Assembly: GCA_029880285.1 (NCBI GenBank)
Contig: JAOUOS010000001.1
Span: forward strand, 131,131 to 195,130
Length of the DNA stretch: 64,000 bases
Reading direction: 5' to 3'
DNA from: Spirochaetia bacterium
GTDB taxonomy: Bacteria; Spirochaetota; Leptospiria; Turneriellales; JAOUOS01
The position numbers were made by a program, and so were the translations under genes. Positions 1 through 9,747 of this stretch are shown here, piece by piece; within the stretch, counting starts at the first letter, position 1, and every line of letters starts with the position of its first letter. The notes beneath the pieces were generated by a model. That model was not told where the DNA came from. It saw nothing but the letters and a program-made list of their open reading frames with translations, and made no database searches.

Positions 1-1617
1 TAAATTTTTATTTTTCATCACAAAATCATTAAGTTCATTTGTTATTGAATTCCATTGATTTAAATTTAAATAAGATGAGAGAAGCATATGCTCCTGTATT
101 AAATTTCTATTAGTTAAGAGCAAAAATGATTCTATTGCTAACTCATATTCATTAGAATAAAAAGAACTTTCTGCATGCCACGTATTGTACGCATCATTAC
201 TTTCAAAAAAAACATAATAGTTATTTGTAAAATTAAATAATAGTCTATACTCTTTTTCATTATAAAGAAATTCAGCAGTTGAAGAAATATCCTGCAATAC
301 CCAATTTGATAAATAATGATCTCTGGCAATCAGTTCAATTTCTTCTTTACTCTTATTTTGCAGCTTATGGTTGCGATAGATACTTTTATAAAAATAATCA
401 ATCGTTTTATCTTTTTTTGTGATAGATTTAGAATCTTCATATTCTTTTCTTATTAAATCACCTAACATAAAATATAATAATTGTTTTTCTCTAGAATCTT
501 TTATCTTAGTTTCTATATTTATTTTACTAAAATCACAATTATTTTTCATCTCATCAGATAAGGACCATATATTTTTATTATTATTTTTCTTTCCAGAGTA
601 GCAAAAAATAATTACAGGCATTAAACTTTCATTTTTTATCTTTTGGTAATATTTATTTTCATAAGCTTTGAATGCATACTCAGCTGACGCGAGATAATTT
701 TGAGCTGCAAATAAAACTTGCGACAAGTTTAAATATAAAAAATAATCATAACGAATATCTTTTTTCTTATTTTTAATTTCTGCTTCATTTAATAAATGAT
801 ATGCGTCTGCAAAATTTCCCTTTTTTTTAGCAATAACACCTAGTTTATAATAGGCCTTGGCAAATGGTTTCTTCCCTAAAATTTTTTTGTAAATTTCTTC
901 AGCTTTTTCAATATTATTTAGTTTTTCATAATAATAAGCAATTTTCCAATACAAATGAAATAAAGTTTCATCTAAAGTTACCGCCTGTTCATAGTAATAA
1001 ATTATATTATTCAATGATGAACTGTATTCTTTCCAAAATTCTGTATCGGAAAATTCATTTTTATTTGTAAATATTTCTTTTTCAATTGTAGCGGCATTAA
1101 TAGCCATACTTTTAGCCATCTTTTTTTCAGGAGATATTTTTAATTCTGCTTCTTCTTTCAATCTTTCAAGCTGAGAACTTTCTGATTCATCCATTTTTTC
1201 AAACATTTCGATATATTCCAGCACACGACTGTAATCTTCCATTTTCTTAAAATATAATATTAACTTCCACAACGAAGCAGATTTATATTCTTTATCTAAC
1301 GGTTTTTTTACTGCTGCCATGAAATATTGAATACTCTTTGAATAATTTCTTCTGGCCTCCTGAATACTGCCTAAGAAAAATTCAGGTTCTCCTCTTACCT
1401 CATTTTCTTCAATAGCTTTTTCAAATTGTTTAATCGCTTCGTTATATTCTCCTATAGAATAAAATTCTTCGCCTTTTAATGTATGTTCATTTTTTAATAT
1501 TTCATCTAAATTTAAAAGTTCTGAATTCTCAATGTCATTTTCTTTTTCTTCTGGATAAATATAAATAGAGTTAAAGAAAAAAATTATTAAATAAAAAACA
1601 ACTACTTTTATTTGCAT
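1..1617 (-). CDS. TPR-repeat protein with N-terminal signal-like segment (partial; C-terminus lies beyond the window start)
   Basis: I hand-translated the minus strand from ATG at 1617 (MQIKVVVFYLIIFFFNSIYIYPEE...) to position 1 and found 539 codons with no stop. It is missing from the ORF track because no stop lies inside the window. It has repeated ~34-aa helical A/Y/L patterns such as EEFYSIGEYNEAIKQFEKAIE and WKIAYYYEKLNNIEKAEEIYKKIL. The small track ORFs at 138-329, 419-601 and 864-1070 lie inside it in other frames. Confidence 0.6.
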   Translation of the reverse strand, partial: MQIKVVVFYLIIFFFNSIYIYPEEKENDIENSELLNLDEILKNEHTLKGEEFYSIGEYNEAIKQFEKAIEENEVRGEPEFFLGSIQEARRNYSKSIQYFMAAVKKPLDKEYKSASLWKLILYFKKMEDYSRVLEYIEMFEKMDESESSQLERLKEEAELKISPEKKMAKSMAINAATIEKEIFTNKNEFSDTEFWKEYSSSLNNIIYYYEQAVTLDETLFHLYWKIAYYYEKLNNIEKAEEIYKKILGKKPFAKAYYKLGVIAKKKGNFADAYHLLNEAEIKNKKKDIRYDYFLYLNLSQVLFAAQNYLASAEYAFKAYENKYYQKIKNESLMPVIIFCYSGKKNNNKNIWSLSDEMKNNCDFSKINIETKIKDSREKQLLYFMLGDLIRKEYEDSKSITKKDKTIDYFYKSIYRNHKLQNKSKEEIELIARDHYLSNWVLQDISSTAEFLYNEKEYRLLFNFTNNYYVFFESNDAYNTWHAESSFYSNEYELAIESFLLLTNRNLIQEHMLLSSYLNLNQWNSITNELNDFVMKNKNL

Positions 1618-1632
1618 GACTTTATCTTAATT

Positions 1633-2766
1633 TTAAACAGCGTTTATTTTTTTAATAAGACTTATATTTTTATTATTAAACAATTTTCTATACCTATATG
1701 AAAAAGTTTGTCTGGGAATACCTAATAGCATTGCCGCGTTAGACTGATTACCACCAGATTCTTCCATTGCCCATTTTAATATTTTTTTTTCTTCACTAGC
1801 TAGCAAATCTGGCAGTGTTTGTCCCATATAGCTTTTTTTGTTTTCGTCTTTAAATGTTTTTTTTGTCATATTTTCTTCAATACTATTTTTTGTATTCTTA
1901 TCACCTGAATATTGATTTTCAAATATCCAAAAGAGATATCCTATTGCTTTTATATTTTTATCTGCCTTATTCTCAAAATTAAATATCGTTTTCATTAATA
2001 ATTTTGATTTATTATCAAGATTCATAATTTCAAATGTATCTTTAATATCAAGTTTATTTTCAAGAGCTAAACTTCCAATTTTCTCTTTGCCTAATTTATA
2101 TAAAATATTAGTTTTTAATTTTTGATTATTATTTTGTATATTTTCCCATTCTGCATTGTAGAAGAGTTCATCTCCTTTAATATTTACGGCTAACATAGGT
2201 ACAGGAAGAGTTTCCATTGTTAAAACGACTAATTGTGCCCAATAATTATTATCTTTAATTAAATTCTTAGTATCTTCTTGGGCAATTTCTTCTTTTCTAT
2301 TTTTAAAATCATGCGGAACTGTTATTTTAATCTTTTTCCCACTTTCTTCTTGCTGAGATTCTTTAGAGTCATCATCTTTACTTTTAATAATTTCTTTATC
2401 ACTAATTTTCAATGGGCTCCATTTTTTTATTTGAGGCATATTTTCCCATGATTGAATAATTTCTTTTCTGCCCCATAAACCAACTACTTCGATGTTAGAG
2501 TTAACTATAGGAATTACCTTATTTTCTTCGTATAAAAAGGAAAAACTTTGATGAATTTCAAGAGCTGTTTCAAGATTCTGAAGTTTATTTAATATTGTAT
2601 CTATTTTATTATTAAAGGATTTTACTTCATCTAAATCACTTAATTTTTCTTCAATATCCCTTTTATAAAAAAAACCTTTTAACAATCCTTTTTCAATATA
2701 AAAAATATAATCGATACTAAAATAATAAAATAATTTTAATAAATTCTTTAGAATGTGATTTTCCAT
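1633..2766 (-). CDS. DNA-binding protein with C-terminal Fis-type HTH and an uncharacterised N-terminal region
   Basis: The C-terminus ...ILKWAMEESGGNQSNAAMLLGIPRQTFSYRYRKL matches the Fis/NtrC-type HTH_8 pattern. No AAA+ Walker motifs are seen upstream. Confidence 0.55.
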   Translation of the reverse strand: MENHILKNLLKLFYYFSIDYIFYIEKGLLKGFFYKRDIEEKLSDLDEVKSFNNKIDTILNKLQNLETALEIHQSFSFLYEENKVIPIVNSNIEVVGLWGRKEIIQSWENMPQIKKWSPLKISDKEIIKSKDDDSKESQQEESGKKIKITVPHDFKNRKEEIAQEDTKNLIKDNNYWAQLVVLTMETLPVPMLAVNIKGDELFYNAEWENIQNNNQKLKTNILYKLGKEKIGSLALENKLDIKDTFEIMNLDNKSKLLMKTIFNFENKADKNIKAIGYLFWIFENQYSGDKNTKNSIEENMTKKTFKDENKKSYMGQTLPDLLASEEKKILKWAMEESGGNQSNAAMLLGIPRQTFSYRYRKLFNNKNISLIKKINAV

Positions 2767-2777
2767 TGTATGGTTAA

Positions 2778-3578
2778 TTAACTTTTCCTTATAAAATATC
2801 TTTCACCTTTTATTTTTATATATTCTTTGTTTTCTTTATCTGAAATTTGAAATTTTTCAGCTTTTTTTTCATATAATCTGGGGTTAAGAATTATTGTATT
2901 TTCTATTTTATCAACAATATATGCTTTTATATTTCCATTTTTTTCTTTAATTAATAAAGCCGTTTTATTTTGGGGATTTTTTTCATTCTCTGAGTATCCG
3001 GGTAATTCAGTAAATAAAAAAACATTTGGCTCAGGTAATGATTTTATTTTTATTTTTAAATTCTTTTTGTAAGGGACAATTGATGACCAAATTTTTTCGC
3101 TATATGGAATAAGAAATCCCATACTTCCATTTTTTGTCATAAAATATTTAACAGCATTGTTTAACTCTAGTTTATTTTGCAGAATTTTTTCTTTTAAGAT
3201 ATTTTGGGCCTTTCTTAATATTCTCTTATTTAGTTTTTCCTTTAGCTTTGATGGAACTATTTCATTAGGAATACTTTTTGTTGTTTTATTTAAATAAGAA
3301 AATATATCTTGAAATATCTGCATATCATAACCACGTTTTTGTTTTAAAGTTCTTACCATAGAAATTAAATTTATAATTTTTTTAACAACAAGTTCGCATT
3401 TATGATCTAGCATTAAAGATAAAACATCATTTAGTTTAAGTTCTACATTTTCAAAGGAAGGTATCAACGAAAAAAATTGTTTTTCTAATTCGACTAATTC
3501 TTTTTCTATGTCTTTTATTTTATTATCTGTTAAAAAATAAAGATCGTCAAGAGGTATTTTTTTATTGTTTTCTTTCAT
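2778..3578 (-). CDS. Hypothetical protein (K/E/N-rich, no recognisable motif)
   Basis: A 266-aa ORF in an operon-like array. Its start is a 4-nt overlap with the stop of pgpA. Confidence 0.45.
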   Translation of the reverse strand: MKENNKKIPLDDLYFLTDNKIKDIEKELVELEKQFFSLIPSFENVELKLNDVLSLMLDHKCELVVKKIINLISMVRTLKQKRGYDMQIFQDIFSYLNKTTKSIPNEIVPSKLKEKLNKRILRKAQNILKEKILQNKLELNNAVKYFMTKNGSMGFLIPYSEKIWSSIVPYKKNLKIKIKSLPEPNVFLFTELPGYSENEKNPQNKTALLIKEKNGNIKAYIVDKIENTIILNPRLYEKKAEKFQISDKENKEYIKIKGERYFIRKS

Positions 3579-4045
3579 ATTTTTATCTCATATGTTTTAT
3601 TTATTAAAAGTAATATAATGGCACTGTAAGCTCCCGCAATTACATCATCAACCATTATTCCCCATCCAGAAATCAATTTTTGGCTTCTATTAATAGGCCA
3701 TGGTTTATATATATCAAAAAATCTAAATAATAAAAACCCGAGAATTAAGTTTGTTAATTTAAATGGTACCAAAGCAAATACTAGAGCCTGTCCGCTTAGT
3801 TCATCTATTACAATATAACTGGGATCTTGTTCTTTCGTAATAGTTGTTATATGAGAAGAAGCGAATAACCCTGTAAGAAAAAATAGAATAGATAAAATTA
3901 TACATATTAAATTCCAATAAGATAAAAAATAAAATCCGGTTAAAGCACAAATACATAAAGCGGCAAGCGAACCAAATGTTCCCGGCGCATATGGGATGTA
4001 TCCGATATAAAATACTGTTGATATAATTTCTGCTGCTCTATTCAT
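3575..4045 (-). CDS. pgpA: Phosphatidylglycerophosphatase A
   Basis: Motifs GYIPYAPGTFGSLAA and RFFDIYKPWPI, size and hydrophobic profile are typical of PgpA. It sits next to pgsA. Confidence 0.8.
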   Translation of the reverse strand: MNRAAEIISTVFYIGYIPYAPGTFGSLAALCICALTGFYFLSYWNLICIILSILFFLTGLFASSHITTITKEQDPSYIVIDELSGQALVFALVPFKLTNLILGFLLFRFFDIYKPWPINRSQKLISGWGIMVDDVIAGAYSAIILLLINKTYEIKI

Positions 4046-4752
4046 AAAATTCTTTTCTCATTAAATAAATAATATGGCGGTTTTAAAACATGAAAATTCG
4101 TGTAAATATATCTAATTCCTGAAATAATTGTTATTATTGTAGTTATTAACATTAAAAAATATGGGACAAACTGCGCGAATACCTTCTTTTTTTCATCAGT
4201 CTCAATATTTTCTTTTCCTATTAAGTCAAAAGCTTCTACAAGTAAATTTGAAGCTATTTCAAAATTTTTTTTACCTTTTGCTTTTTCAGATATAAATACT
4301 TCTTGAATATCAACCCTGTATGATCTTACAAAAAAAACAGCGCTTATAATTAATATAGAAAATAATTGAAAAACTGTTTTCGCCTTGGCTAATCTAGTTG
4401 TTTTTACTTCAGTTTTTTTACGTATAGCTAAATATCTCATTAAAGTAATAAGAACATCTCTTCCTATAATAGTTAAAATCATCCATAAAGGTATTTGTTT
4501 ATCTAAATAATAAAAAGCAAATAAACTTGAAATTACGAGGAACTTATCTGCCAAAGGATCTAAAAACCGGCCGAATTTACTTTCTAATTTCAATCGTCTT
4601 GCAAAATAGCCGTCTAATATATCTGTTATAGCCGCTACAAAAAATATGAATATAGCAATTAATCTATATAGAGGTATATCTTTTATAAGAAAAAAGAGAA
4701 ATAAAGGTATCAAAATGACCCTAAAAATTGTCAATGCATTAGGTAGGTTCAT
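4042..4752 (-). CDS. pgsA: CDP-diacylglycerol--glycerol-3-phosphate 3-phosphatidyltransferase (CDP-alcohol phosphatidyltransferase family)
   Basis: CDP-alcohol transferase motif DGYFARRLKLESKFGRFLDPLADK. Multi-TM protein with N-terminus PNALTIFRVILIP. Confidence 0.85.
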   Translation of the reverse strand: MNLPNALTIFRVILIPLFLFFLIKDIPLYRLIAIFIFFVAAITDILDGYFARRLKLESKFGRFLDPLADKFLVISSLFAFYYLDKQIPLWMILTIIGRDVLITLMRYLAIRKKTEVKTTRLAKAKTVFQLFSILIISAVFFVRSYRVDIQEVFISEKAKGKKNFEIASNLLVEAFDLIGKENIETDEKKKVFAQFVPYFLMLITTIITIISGIRYIYTNFHVLKPPYYLFNEKRIL

Positions 4753-6130
4753 GTTTTACTAGTTCTCCTATCCAATCATATTCCATATCTGCAGTTAGTT
4801 CAATCGGTATTATATCTCCTTGTTGAATACTTGAGAGATTTTCTGTCTTTATAAAAACCATTTCATCTATCTCTGGTGAATCTTGAGGACGCCTGCCAGA
4901 AACTTCATCTAATTTTACGTTATCAATAATAACATTTTGTATGGTACCTAAAAGTTTTTGCCTATGAGGCTTTCTATTTTTTAAATGATAATTCCGAATT
5001 AAATTTATTCTTTCTTTAATAAGATGATCAGCAACCATATTATTTTTATTAATTTTAAAAGAATTTTCATGAGAATATGAAAATAATGAAAGTTTATGTA
5101 TTTGATTCACTTCAAGAAAATTTAAAATCTCATCGATATCTCTATTTTCTTCACCGGGAAATCCTAATATAAATGATGTTCTTATTTCAATATCTTTTCT
5201 TACTTCAATGGCTTTTTGTATAATCTCACTAAAAAAATCTGAATCATACGGCCTGTTCATGTTTTTTAATATATTTTTTGAAATATGCTGAAAGGGTATA
5301 TCTAAATAAGATACCAATTTGGAATATTTTTCAAATAACTTAATTATATTCAAAATCCTTTTATCCGGAAAAAGGTAGTGAAGTCTTATCCATTTTACTT
5401 CGTCTAACGAAGAGAAGTATGAAATGATCTTTTCAAGTTCAAAAATCTTTTGACTGACAGTATCCTGACTAACTAAAATTACTTCTGTTATATTATCATT
5501 ATTTCGAAATTTTTTTTCTTCTATAAATTGCTTTTTTATATTATCTAGATCATAAGAAATAAATTTTCCCCTTATTGACGGAATAACACAAAAAGTACAC
5601 CTTCGTGAGCATCCCTGAGAAGTACGAAAGTAGGCATAGGGTTTATTATTTTTCTTTATTGTATTTACATTATTTTCTGATTTTTTATTATTAAATTTTT
5701 TTTTAAATTTTTCTGTAATTATTTTACCAACTTGATCATAAAGTCCTGTACCTATAATTAAATCAACTTCTGGAATTTCTATTTTAGTTTCCTTTTCAAA
5801 TCGTTGTGAAAAACATCCTACAAGTACTATCTTTCTATTTTTTAAATCTGTTTTTTTCCATTTTATTGCATTAAATATTGTATCAATTGTTTCTTTTTGA
5901 GCTTCTTTAATAAATCCACAAGAATTAATTATTAAGATATTTGCTTTTTTTATTGAATTTGTTTCACAATAACCTAAACCAGTTAGTGAATTCCAGATTT
6001 TCCTGCTATCTACTTTATTTTTGGGACAGCCTAATGTTAGAATATAAAATATATTATTTTCTATTTTTTTTTCGCAAATTTTCTTATTCACGAATTCAGT
6101 TTTAGTTTCATCAAATTTTGTTTTTATCAT
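4739..6130 (-). CDS. rimO: Radical SAM methylthiotransferase, RimO-like (ribosomal protein S12 methylthiotransferase)
   Basis: N-terminal MTTase cysteines (TLGCPKNKVDS, NSCGFI), a radical SAM CxxxCxxC (GCSRRCTFCVIP) and a C-terminal TRAM-like segment. RimO versus MiaB was judged only from the LGCPKN-VDS signature. Confidence 0.75.
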   Translation of the reverse strand: MIKTKFDETKTEFVNKKICEKKIENNIFYILTLGCPKNKVDSRKIWNSLTGLGYCETNSIKKANILIINSCGFIKEAQKETIDTIFNAIKWKKTDLKNRKIVLVGCFSQRFEKETKIEIPEVDLIIGTGLYDQVGKIITEKFKKKFNNKKSENNVNTIKKNNKPYAYFRTSQGCSRRCTFCVIPSIRGKFISYDLDNIKKQFIEEKKFRNNDNITEVILVSQDTVSQKIFELEKIISYFSSLDEVKWIRLHYLFPDKRILNIIKLFEKYSKLVSYLDIPFQHISKNILKNMNRPYDSDFFSEIIQKAIEVRKDIEIRTSFILGFPGEENRDIDEILNFLEVNQIHKLSLFSYSHENSFKINKNNMVADHLIKERINLIRNYHLKNRKPHRQKLLGTIQNVIIDNVKLDEVSGRRPQDSPEIDEMVFIKTENLSSIQQGDIIPIELTADMEYDWIGELVKHEPT

Positions 6131-6140
6131 TCATTAATAT

Positions 6141-7259
6141 TTATAGATCTTTTATTATTATTTTATATTTTGTTTGTTCCATGGGATCTCTGACTTTTCT
6201 GATTATTTTACTTACCTGAACTCCCCTTTTACCAAAATCGTATGACTTATTATTTATTTTAATTTTTATAGCGCCAGCGTCACCTATTTTCATTTGTATA
6301 CTATCATTTGCTTCATATAGCATTTCTGTATTGGACCCTAGCATATCTCTTTTACATGGTTTGCCGTCTATACATATTTCAATAAAATTTTCAGCAGTTG
6401 TAACAGCTTCAAAACGAATAATAAAATTTTCAGTTTTTAAAATATTAGCGTTTCCTTCAATCGCTGCTTGAGTTTGTTCTTCTTTTTCTTCATTTACTAA
6501 TTCTCCCTGATCAATTTGAACTTTTACAGTATTAGGAGTGGCTCCCATAAGCGAGATTCTAAATTTACGTGGAATATTTGGTTCTTCAACCCATATAGGA
6601 GCATTTTCTGAAATTTCAATTTTTTTTCTGCCAGGAAACAATTCAAAATATGCCTTATTCTCATTTTTTCCGTAATTTAAATTTTTTAATACCAAATATA
6701 CCTCAACATTTTCAATTGAAAAATCTATTCCCTTACCAATTGGTATTAAGGCAGTAGTGAAACCAGATCTAAATTTTATATGTTCAGTTTCTTCTAACGG
6801 TACCTGATTTGATTTATTTATAATATCTTCAATTTCTTCAGGTTGATTTTTATTTTCAAGTTCTTTAACTAGAACCGTTGATTTATTAGTTGAAAGATAA
6901 TAAGTAAAAAAAACAGCAATTATAATTAAAAAAGGGACAGCTAAAATTATAGCATACTTTTTTATATGATCCAATGCGGTAACTGTAGGTCTAGTTAACT
7001 CATGAAGAGGAACGTCTTTTTCTATAAGCTGTGTTCCTCTATATATTTGAACAATTTTATCAGGTTCTAAATCAAGATAAGCCGCGTATTTTTTTATAAA
7101 ACCCACAGTATATGTATCACCGGGAAAAATACCAAAATTATTTTCTTCCAGTGCTTTTATATGACGGCTTGTTATTTTGGTTTCATCTGCCGCTGTTTGT
7201 AATGTTATTTTTTTGTTTTCTCTGGCTTTTATTAAAATTTCACCAACTGTTTCTTTCAT
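6141..7259 (-). CDS. rodZ: RodZ-like cytoskeleton protein (HTH + TM + DUF4115-like C-terminus)
   Basis: N-terminal Xre-type HTH (ITLQTAADETKITSRHIKALEENNF), a single TM (AIILAVPFLIIIAVFFTYYL) and a beta-rich C-terminal domain. Confidence 0.65.
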   Translation of the reverse strand: MKETVGEILIKARENKKITLQTAADETKITSRHIKALEENNFGIFPGDTYTVGFIKKYAAYLDLEPDKIVQIYRGTQLIEKDVPLHELTRPTVTALDHIKKYAIILAVPFLIIIAVFFTYYLSTNKSTVLVKELENKNQPEEIEDIINKSNQVPLEETEHIKFRSGFTTALIPIGKGIDFSIENVEVYLVLKNLNYGKNENKAYFELFPGRKKIEISENAPIWVEEPNIPRKFRISLMGATPNTVKVQIDQGELVNEEKEEQTQAAIEGNANILKTENFIIRFEAVTTAENFIEICIDGKPCKRDMLGSNTEMLYEANDSIQMKIGDAGAIKIKINNKSYDFGKRGVQVSKIIRKVRDPMEQTKYKIIIKDL

Positions 7260-7274
7260 GTATATTCTCCGATA

Positions 7275-7988
7275 TTATTCAGTAACAAGAGGATTTTCAA
7301 CTACTTTATCATTAGGATTTAATTTATAATTAAATAAGTTACCAGATAACTCTTTATTTAATTCTATATCATTAAATTCAAGAGTAACTTCTCTGCCGCT
7401 TGGTGTTGTTCCAATCACTTTTTGTATTAGATAGGTTTTTGTATCTACATATATAATCATTTTTTCAAATCCGCCCGATTTTTCTTTTTCTTCTAAATAT
7501 AAAACATAATATTGATTTTTTTTAATCGATACCGGCTGCTTGGGAGACTCAAATCTATAATGATATCTTCTAAATAGATTCACTAGGCCTTCATATTCTG
7601 CGGCTTCATAAATACTTTTTCCTTTAAGGGTACTGTCTAATTCTTGAATTCCAACCGCTTTAAGACTGGCAATATAAACCCACATTTTCTTCCCATTTGA
7701 AATAATTAAATCGCCTTGTGGATTTTTAAAAGTAAAATTAATTTTACCGCCTTTTTCGTAATAAGCCGTGCCCGTTGATATTGTAGTTTTATTCTTTTCT
7801 TTTAATTGAATATTAAATTGGGCCTCATATGATTTCATATTTTTAAATTTCTCTTTCATGACACTTACAACATCATTTGGATGTAAAAATTTATCTGCAA
7901 ATATCATTTTTACAGATATAATAAATAAAATGTAATTTAAATATCTGAAGATTCGATTATAATTGAAAAAAGAAAAGTTTATGTTCAT
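7275..7988 (-). CDS. LolA-like outer-membrane lipoprotein carrier family protein
   Basis: Signal peptide, ~230 aa, and a pattern (SYEAQFNIQ..., ISNGKKMWVY) typical of the LolA/LolB fold family. Confidence 0.55.
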   Translation of the reverse strand: MNINFSFFNYNRIFRYLNYILFIISVKMIFADKFLHPNDVVSVMKEKFKNMKSYEAQFNIQLKEKNKTTISTGTAYYEKGGKINFTFKNPQGDLIISNGKKMWVYIASLKAVGIQELDSTLKGKSIYEAAEYEGLVNLFRRYHYRFESPKQPVSIKKNQYYVLYLEEKEKSGGFEKMIIYVDTKTYLIQKVIGTTPSGREVTLEFNDIELNKELSGNLFNYKLNPNDKVVENPLVTE

Positions 7989-8029
7989 GGTTTAATTTTA
8001 TATGTATTTTTATATTTTACTACATCCAA

Positions 8030-8047
8030 ATGCCAAATATTTGGCAT
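8030..8047. repeat. Perfect 18-bp palindrome ATGCCAAATATTTGGCAT in a divergent promoter region
   Basis: Read directly from the sequence and is its own reverse complement. It lies 42 nt from the lolA-like start and 80 nt from the glyQ start. Confidence 0.6.
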
Positions 8048-8126
8048 CCAGTCAAGTTTTTTAAGTTCTATTCTTGTAAATGATTGATTCTATGAATTAA
8101 TTTTTTTTTATGCCTAATTAATAATA

Positions 8127-9026
8127 ATGTATTTTCAAGATTTAATTCAAAACTTAAATATTTATTGGAAGAATCAGGGCTGTTTAATTGCACAAGGATA
8201 TGACCTTGAAGTGGGCGCCGGAACTTTTAATCCTCATACATTTCTAAGAGTTTTAGGGCCTGAACCTTATAATGTGGCCTATGTAGAACCTTCTAGAAGA
8301 CCTACAGACGGCCGATATGGAGAAAATCCTAACCGTCTACAGCACTATTACCAATATCAGGTTATTATGAAACCTTCTCCTTTGAAATCACAGGAGCTAT
8401 ATTTGGGTTCATTAAATGCCATTGGTTTTAATTTAAAAGAACATGATTTAAGGTTTGTTGAAGATGATTGGGAGTCTCCAACTTTAGGGGCAAGCGGCTT
8501 AGGATGGGAAGTATGGTTAAACGGTATGGAAGTAACACAATTTACTTATTTTCAAACTTGCGGCTCATTACCGCTTAAACCTGTTTCAGTTGAATTTACT
8601 TATGGTATAGAACGATTAGCAATGTATCTTCAAAAAGTTGAAAACGTATATGATTTAATGTGGAATAACAAATTAAAATATGGAGATATACACAAACAAA
8701 GTGAGTATGAATTTTCAAAATATAATTTTGAAATTGCCGATATAAATTTACTATTTAAATGGTTTAATGAATATGAGGCTGAAGCAAAAAATATTTTATT
8801 AACATCAGACAATTTAGTTTTACCCGCATATGATTATCTATTAAAATGCAGTCACACATTTAATTTACTTGATGCAAGATCTGCCATATCAACAAATGAA
8901 AGAGTTCAATATATTACCCGTGTAAGACATCTGGCAAAAGAAATCGCACAAAGATATGTTCAAATTAGAGAAAATCTTAATTTTCCTTTAATAACAAAAC
9001 TTTCAAATACTATAAAAGAGAAGTAA
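8127..9026 (+). CDS. glyQ: Glycine--tRNA ligase alpha subunit
   Basis: Highly characteristic GlyQ sequence ([19 protein letters not shown]..., [41 protein letters not shown]). Confidence 0.95.
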   Translation: MYFQDLIQNLNIYWKNQGCLIAQGYDLEVGAGTFNPHTFLRVLGPEPYNVAYVEPSRRPTDGRYGENPNRLQHYYQYQVIMKPSPLKSQELYLGSLNAIGFNLKEHDLRFVEDDWESPTLGASGLGWEVWLNGMEVTQFTYFQTCGSLPLKPVSVEFTYGIERLAMYLQKVENVYDLMWNNKLKYGDIHKQSEYEFSKYNFEIADINLLFKWFNEYEAEAKNILLTSDNLVLPAYDYLLKCSHTFNLLDARSAISTNERVQYITRVRHLAKEIAQRYVQIRENLNFPLITKLSNTIKEK

Positions 9027-9747
9027 TAAAATTTACAAATCTTTCTGTTCCAAGGCCGTCTAATAGTTTTTTATCGTCTTCTGCTTTTTGCCAAAAATTA
9101 CAAAACCAATCTGATAATTTCGCGTGATATTCAGAAATATCATGCAAACAAATTTTTTTGCCCAAATACAAAGCTTCAAATAAGGTTTGCCCAAAATAGC
9201 AACAAACAATAGAAGAATTTTTAAGCAATTGTTGAAATTTTTTTGGTGAAAGCCTTTTTTCTTGATTGATCTTTATACTTACGAATTGTTTATTTTCAAT
9301 ATTTTGATTTTTTTTACCATTTAAGAATGTTTTTACATGAAATAACTGGGCCTCTAAAATTTGATTTTTGACATTGATAAAATAATCTGGTAATATTATA
9401 TTTTTTAAAGATTCTCTTATTTCATTATTTTTCATTTTAAAATGGGGTAATATATCGCGAATATAATCAGCTTGTTTTCTTCCTATACCTCTATTATCAA
9501 CAGCTATTTTAATAATATTTTTCTTTAATAAAATATTCTCAGGAAAATGGGAATCTCTATTATCAAGTATTACTATTTTATAATTATTAAAATCTTTAAT
9601 TTCTTGATTTTCCCATATTTTTATTTTAGATTTAACATTTTTCAATTTTAAAGCATTTTGAAGTATTTTCATTCTGGTTATATGACCATTCCCATGTTTT
9701 TCAGGATTCGCCGTTAAAATTAAAATATTTTTTTTTTCACTTTTCAT
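9010..9747 (-). CDS. PseG/SpsG-like protein (GT-B/glycosyltransferase-28-like UDP-sugar hydrolase family), short form
   Basis: The N-terminal [24 protein letters not shown] resembles the G-x-G-H-x-x-R signature of PseG/SpsG. Its start overlaps the stop of the SpsF-like gene by 11 nt. Confidence 0.4.
   Translation of the reverse strand: MKSEKKNILILTANPEKHGNGHITRMKILQNALKLKNVKSKIKIWENQEIKDFNNYKIVILDNRDSHFPENILLKKNIIKIAVDNRGIGRKQADYIRDILPHFKMKNNEIRESLKNIILPDYFINVKNQILEAQLFHVKTFLNGKKNQNIENKQFVSIKINQEKRLSPKKFQQLLKNSSIVCCYFGQTLFEALYLGKKICLHDISEYHAKLSDWFCNFWQKAEDDKKLLDGLGTERFVNFITSLL

Noticed and set aside
138-1070. Three short track ORFs (138-329 -, 419-601 +, 864-1070 +)
   Set aside because: They lie inside the 539-codon uninterrupted minus-strand frame of the edge-truncated TPR protein, which is the better explanation for this region.
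8041-8056. Sigma-54 promoter suggested by TGGCAT within the palindrome
   Set aside because: The -12 element (TTGC, with the correct 4-5 nt spacing after TGGCAC-N) is absent; the sequence reads TGGCATCCAGTCAAG.
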